From Candidatus Eiseniibacteriota bacterium (lineage in GTDB: Bacteria; Eisenbacteria; RBG-16-71-46; CAVPCR01), in the NCBI GenBank assembly GCA_963702435.1, contig CAVPCR010000002.1, positions 448,001-512,000 of the forward strand: 64,000 nt of DNA, written 5' to 3'. Positions 59,687 through 64,000 of the stretch are shown here, one piece after another; position 1 is the first letter of the stretch, and every line of letters begins with the position of its first letter. The position numbers were made by a program, and so were the translations under genes. Under the pieces are notes generated by a model. The model worked only from the letters and a program-made list of their open reading frames with translations. It made no database searches and was not told the origin of the DNA.

Positions 59687-61660
59687 CTAGAAAGCCTGCC
59701 CCAGGCTCAGGTGCCACTCGCCGCCGCTCGTGGCGCGCACGATGCGCTCGGGCTCCCCGCGCACGAGCGGGTGCCCGTAGTCGACGCGGAGCGGCCCCAC
59801 CGGTGTGCCGAGCCGGAGCCCGCCGCCCGTCGTGTAGCGTACATCCTCGATCGTCGCGTCGTTCAGATCGGGAAAGAAATTGGCGAGGCTCAGGTCGGCG
59901 GCCTCCTCCCACACGTTCCCGCCGTCGAGGAAGATGGCCCCGGAGAGGCGCCAGGCGAGCGGGAAGCGGAGCTCCACGTTGCCGACCAGGACGAAGAGGC
60001 CGCGGAGCGTGGCCGGGTCCTCCTGGTCGGGCGCGAGGAGCTGCGGTCCGAGCGAGTCCTCCGGATATCCGCGCACCGTCACCGCGCCGCCCGCGCGGAA
60101 GCGATCCTCGAACGGCACCTGGCTCTGCGGGGTCATCCCCTCCGGCACCGCGAACACGTGGATCCAGCCGCCGCGGAGCCGCGTGGCGAGCACGAAGTCG
60201 CCGAGCGGGCGATACCAGCTCGAGGTGAGGCTCAGCTTGAAGAAGTCGGAGGTGCCGCCGATGGCGCCGCCCGCGATCTCCGAGAACACGCTCTGGAACG
60301 AGCCGACCGCGGGGTCGAACGGATTGTCCCGGCGGTCGCGCTCGAGCAGGAAGTCGAGCGAGCGGGTGGTGAAGTCCCGGGTCGTATCGCCGGCCGCAGT
60401 CGTGTAGTCCTGGGTCACCCAGCGGTGCTCGAAGGCGGAGCGGATGCGGCCGCGGCGGCCGAGCTTCCGCTCGACGGCGAGCGCGGCGCCCGCCGCCTCC
60501 TCGGTGCCGGTGGCCTCGACCGGCCCGTCCGCCGTCTGCACGGTCGGGAGCCGCGAGGCCTGCCGGAAGATGCTCGCCGAGCCGATCGTGCGGGTAGTGA
60601 AGAGGCGCGGCTCGATGAAGGTGAGCTCGACCGCGCTCTCCCCGATCGCCGCGATCTCGGGATCGAACAGCGCATCCACGTCGAAGGCGACCCGGCTCCG
60701 CGCCACCAGCCGCTGCGCGTTGCCGAGGATGTTGCGGTGGCCGACCTCCCCCGACAGGCGGACCTGGTTCGACGAGTTGTAGCCGACGCCGCCGAGCACC
60801 CAGCCCATCTTGCGCTCGACGACGGTCACCTTGAGATCCATGAGCGGCGGGGGCATGGTCGAGTCGATGACCACGGGCTCGACCCGCGCGTCGCGGAAGA
60901 GGCCGGTCTCGAGGAGCTGCTCGCGGCTCTCGAGCAGGCGGCTCCGGCGGAGGAGATCGCCGCGCTCGAGTGTGAGCTCGCGCTCGACCACGTACCCCTT
61001 GGTCCGCTGGTTGCCGACCACTTCGACCGTGTGCACGCGGGTGCCGGGCGCCTCCTGGATCGCGAAAGCGACGCGCGCGCCGAGCGAGTCGATGATCACC
61101 GAGTCGGCCACGATCGTGTAGGGCCGGCCGCGATCGGCGTAGAGCTCGACGATCTTCAGACGATCCAGCTCGACCCGGTTCGCCGCATAGGGGGCGCCGA
61201 CCTGCGTGCGCACGGCGTCGGCCAGCACCTCGCGCTTGACGGCGCGGTTGCCGACGAACTCGACCGCGGTCACCGCGGTCAGCGCACCCTCGGTCACGCG
61301 GATCACGACCCGGACCCGATCCGCGGTCACCGGCTGGGTGGGAGCGAGGAGATCGGCGCGGGCGTCGAGGTAACCCTGACTCCGGTAGTAGGCCTCGATG
61401 CGTTTGAGATCGTCGAGCGCGATGTCGCGGCGATAGGGAGCGCTCGAGAACGGACGCCATCTCGACTTCGCCCGCGTGCGCATGAGATCGCGCAGCCGGC
61501 CCGGAGCGACTTGCTCGGCGCCGAGGATCTCGATCTTCTCGACCTGGACGAGCTCGCGCGCGGCGAGCGCGGGCGCGGCCGGAAGGGCCGCCGCCGCCAG
61601 GGCGAGGAGGACGGCGAGGGCGAGACGGGGGATCAGCGGGACGCCATCGCGATCGCTCAC
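59687..61660 (-). CDS. Omp85 family outer-membrane protein (TamA/BamA-like)
   Basis: POTRA repeats, VRGY motif, TPVGPLRVDYG, C-terminal SLGQAF. Confidence 0.9.
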   Translation of the reverse strand: MSDRDGVPLIPRLALAVLLALAAAALPAAPALAARELVQVEKIEILGAEQVAPGRLRDLMRTRAKSRWRPFSSAPYRRDIALDDLKRIEAYYRSQGYLDARADLLAPTQPVTADRVRVVIRVTEGALTAVTAVEFVGNRAVKREVLADAVRTQVGAPYAANRVELDRLKIVELYADRGRPYTIVADSVIIDSLGARVAFAIQEAPGTRVHTVEVVGNQRTKGYVVERELTLERGDLLRRSRLLESREQLLETGLFRDARVEPVVIDSTMPPPLMDLKVTVVERKMGWVLGGVGYNSSNQVRLSGEVGHRNILGNAQRLVARSRVAFDVDALFDPEIAAIGESAVELTFIEPRLFTTRTIGSASIFRQASRLPTVQTADGPVEATGTEEAAGAALAVERKLGRRGRIRSAFEHRWVTQDYTTAAGDTTRDFTTRSLDFLLERDRRDNPFDPAVGSFQSVFSEIAGGAIGGTSDFFKLSLTSSWYRPLGDFVLATRLRGGWIHVFAVPEGMTPQSQVPFEDRFRAGGAVTVRGYPEDSLGPQLLAPDQEDPATLRGLFVLVGNVELRFPLAWRLSGAIFLDGGNVWEEAADLSLANFFPDLNDATIEDVRYTTGGGLRLGTPVGPLRVDYGHPLVRGEPERIVRATSGGEWHLSLGQAF

Positions 61661-62997
61661 GGCGATTGGCTGGCGGGCACCTGGCGATCGAGATCCTGGC
61701 GTCCACGCGCCCGCTCGAACTGGCGGATCGCGTCGTTCGCCACCGAGAACACGATGAGGCCGCCGATCAGCACGAGCCCGACCTTCTGGAACGCGAGCTG
61801 GCTGCGATCCGACAGGCGCCGGCCGCGGAGGCCCTCGATCAGGTAGAAGAAGGCATGCCCCCCGTCGAGCACGGGGATCGGCAGCAGGTTGAGCGCCATG
61901 AGCGCGATCGAGATGAAGGCGATGAAATAGAGGAGGCGCCCGCTGCCGCGCTCGGCGGAGCTGCCGGCGATCTGCGCGATCGTGATCGGACCGGCCACCT
62001 GCCGCGCGGCCTGGCGCGGGGAGCTCACGAGGTCGGCGAAGCCGCGGTAGGTGAGCCCGATCGTGTGCCAGGTCTGGATGAAGCCGGCCCGGATCGCCTG
62101 CCCCGGCGGCATGGTGACGGTCACCGTGGGCAGGGTGATGCCGATGACGCCGATCATCTCGCCCGTCTCCTCGTCCTTCTGGCCGATCGTGCGCACCGCC
62201 GCCGTGTACCGCTGCCCGCCGCGCTCGAACACGAGCTCCACCTTCTCGTCCGGACGCTTGTTGATGAGCTTCCGCATCTCCTCCCACGTGGTCACCGGCA
62301 CGCCGTCCACGCTCACCACGCGGTCCCCCGGCTTGAGCCCGGCCTGATCGGCCGGCATGCTGGGCGCGACGTCGCCGACCACCGATTCGATGTGCGGCGT
62401 GAGTCCGGCCTGCACCGGGGCGGCCTGGCCGGCCGGGACCGTGAGGTTGGCCGGCCCGCTCGCCCGCGCCACGGTGACCGGGATCGGCGCGTCCGCGGGC
62501 GCCTCCTCGAGCGCGAGGAAGAGATCGTCCCAGGTCGCGACCGGCTGCCCGGAGACCGCGATCACCCGATCGCCCGCCTGGAAACCGGCGGTCGCCGCCG
62601 CCGCGGTGGCCTCTGCAACCACGTTCGGCGCGGTCGGCACCGGGATACCGACGAACCCGACCAGGCAGTTGGCAACGAGCGCCAGCACGAAGTTGGCGAG
62701 CGGGCCGGCGACCACGATGGCCACGCGCTTGGCCCAGTGCTGCGCCAGGAACTCGTCGGGCGCCCCGGTCGCTCCTTCCTCGCCCACGTGCTCGCCGGCC
62801 ATCTTGACGTAGCCGCCGAGCGGCACCGCCGAGATCGCATAGACCGTATCCCCGATCTTCCTGGCCAGGAGCGAGGGGCCGAACCCGATCGAGAACTTCT
62901 CGACCCGCACGCCGAAGCCGCGGGCGACGAGGAAGTGGCCGAGCTCGTGGATCAGCACGACGAGGCCGAGCACCATGATGCCGATGAGGATGGTCAT
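61657..62997 (-). CDS. rseP: RIP metalloprotease RseP
   Basis: HELGH, PLGGYVKM, two PDZ domains, NLLPIPVLDGGH. Confidence 0.96.
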   Translation of the reverse strand: MTILIGIMVLGLVVLIHELGHFLVARGFGVRVEKFSIGFGPSLLARKIGDTVYAISAVPLGGYVKMAGEHVGEEGATGAPDEFLAQHWAKRVAIVVAGPLANFVLALVANCLVGFVGIPVPTAPNVVAEATAAAATAGFQAGDRVIAVSGQPVATWDDLFLALEEAPADAPIPVTVARASGPANLTVPAGQAAPVQAGLTPHIESVVGDVAPSMPADQAGLKPGDRVVSVDGVPVTTWEEMRKLINKRPDEKVELVFERGGQRYTAAVRTIGQKDEETGEMIGVIGITLPTVTVTMPPGQAIRAGFIQTWHTIGLTYRGFADLVSSPRQAARQVAGPITIAQIAGSSAERGSGRLLYFIAFISIALMALNLLPIPVLDGGHAFFYLIEGLRGRRLSDRSQLAFQKVGLVLIGGLIVFSVANDAIRQFERARGRQDLDRQVPASQSP

Positions 62998-64000
62998 ATC
63001 GTTTCCCCGGGCAGGACGGAGGGCAAGACGGCGGGGGCGCCGCCGAGGCGCGCCGCGACGGCCGCGCGGGCGGCCCGGTCGGCGGCGAGGATCGCATCGA
63101 GGCTCGTCGCCGGGCGCGGCACGTGTTCCTCGACGATCTCGGCGAGCAGCCCCGGCAGCTCCGAGAAGTGGATCTGGCCCGCGATCAACGCCTGGACGAG
63201 CGCCTCGTCGGCGGCGTTGAGCACGGCCGGCACGGTGCCGCCGCGCTCGGCCGCCGCCATGGCGAGGGCGAGGCAGGGGAAGCGCTCGGTGTCGGGTTCC
63301 TCGAAGGTGAGCGTGCCGATCCGCGCGAGGTCGAGCGGCGCCCACGTCGCCGGCCAGCGTTCGGGATAGGACAGGGCATACTGGATCGGAATGCGCATAT
63401 CGGGACTCGACAGGAGCGCGAGGTACGAACCGTCTGTGAGCTCGAGCATGGCGTGCACGATCGACTGCGGGTGCACGAGCACCTGGATCCGCGCGAGCGG
63501 GAGGCCGAACAGCCACCGCGCCTCGATCACCTCGAACCCCTTGTTGAGGAGGGTGGCCGAATCCACGGTGATGCGCGGCCCCATCGCCCATGTCGGATGG
63601 TTCAACACCTCGGCGAGCGTGGCGTTCCGGATCTCATCCCCGGTGCGGGTACGGAAGGGGCCGCCGGAGGCGGTCAGCACGAGCCGCGCCACCTCGGCGT
63701 CTCCGGTCCGGGCCAGGCACTGGAGGGCCGCATTGTGTTCGGAATCGACGGGCACGATCTCGGCTCCCGTCCGCCGCGCCGCGGCCGTCAGGAGCTCGCC
63801 GGCGATGACGAGGCTCTCCTTGTTGGCGAGAGCCAGGGTCTTCCCGGCCTCGACCACGGCCAGCGAGGCGCGGAGCCCGGCCGCGCCCACGATCGCGTTG
63901 AGGACGATATCGGCATCCGGGGTCCGGGCCAGAGCGAGGATCTCCTCCTCGCCGCCCGGGAGGCCGTGGGTGGCGGCCGCCTCCGGATCGGCGAGCGCGA
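62994..64000 (-). CDS. dxr: 1-deoxy-D-xylulose-5-phosphate reductoisomerase (3' part)
   Basis: ALANKESLV, PVDSEH, LTASGGPF, MGPRITVDSAT, HPQSIVH motifs. Confidence 0.96.
   Translation of the reverse strand, partial: ALADPEAAATHGLPGGEEEILALARTPDADIVLNAIVGAAGLRASLAVVEAGKTLALANKESLVIAGELLTAAARRTGAEIVPVDSEHNAALQCLARTGDAEVARLVLTASGGPFRTRTGDEIRNATLAEVLNHPTWAMGPRITVDSATLLNKGFEVIEARWLFGLPLARIQVLVHPQSIVHAMLELTDGSYLALLSSPDMRIPIQYALSYPERWPATWAPLDLARIGTLTFEEPDTERFPCLALAMAAAERGGTVPAVLNAADEALVQALIAGQIHFSELPGLLAEIVEEHVPRPATSLDAILAADRAARAAVAARLGGAPAVLPSVLPGETI

Overview
A very GC-rich bacterial chromosomal segment from a diderm with LPS. FlgD-Ig/Por-like tails on secreted proteins suggest an FCB-group or Eisenbacteria/Latescibacteria-like lineage (inference). 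Most of the window is a minus-strand run of housekeeping genes: dxr-rseP-Omp85-tamB-pcrA; aroK-rsmD-coaD-obgE-dprA-lpxL; radical SAM-rng-doxX; rplU-rpmA; kdsB-pyrG-kdsA-kdsC-kdsD-acyltransferase-lptC-lptB-rpoN-hpf-hprK-mannose-type PTS-ptsH-ptsI-pgi/pmi-nucleotidyltransferase-metK-ahcY-ftsK-rimO. lptB and rpoN carry several frameshifts, probably from local sequencing error. An accessory region at about 41.7-53.1 kb holds a secreted beta-helix protein with a sigma54-type promoter and three phased enhancer-like sites. Divergent from it are an inverted-topology HATPase membrane sensor and an atypical sigma54 activator. The region also has gene and IS fragments, a deleted BrnT with its antitoxin, and a paralog pair. 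It ends in a non-coding array of eight 29-bp cores preceded by a sigma54-type promoter module. A diverged second copy of that promoter-plus-repeat module lies 25 kb away at 26.7-27.1 kb. A promoter-driven structured ncRNA candidate lies at 32.6-32.7 kb. No tRNA, rRNA or true CRISPR array was seen.
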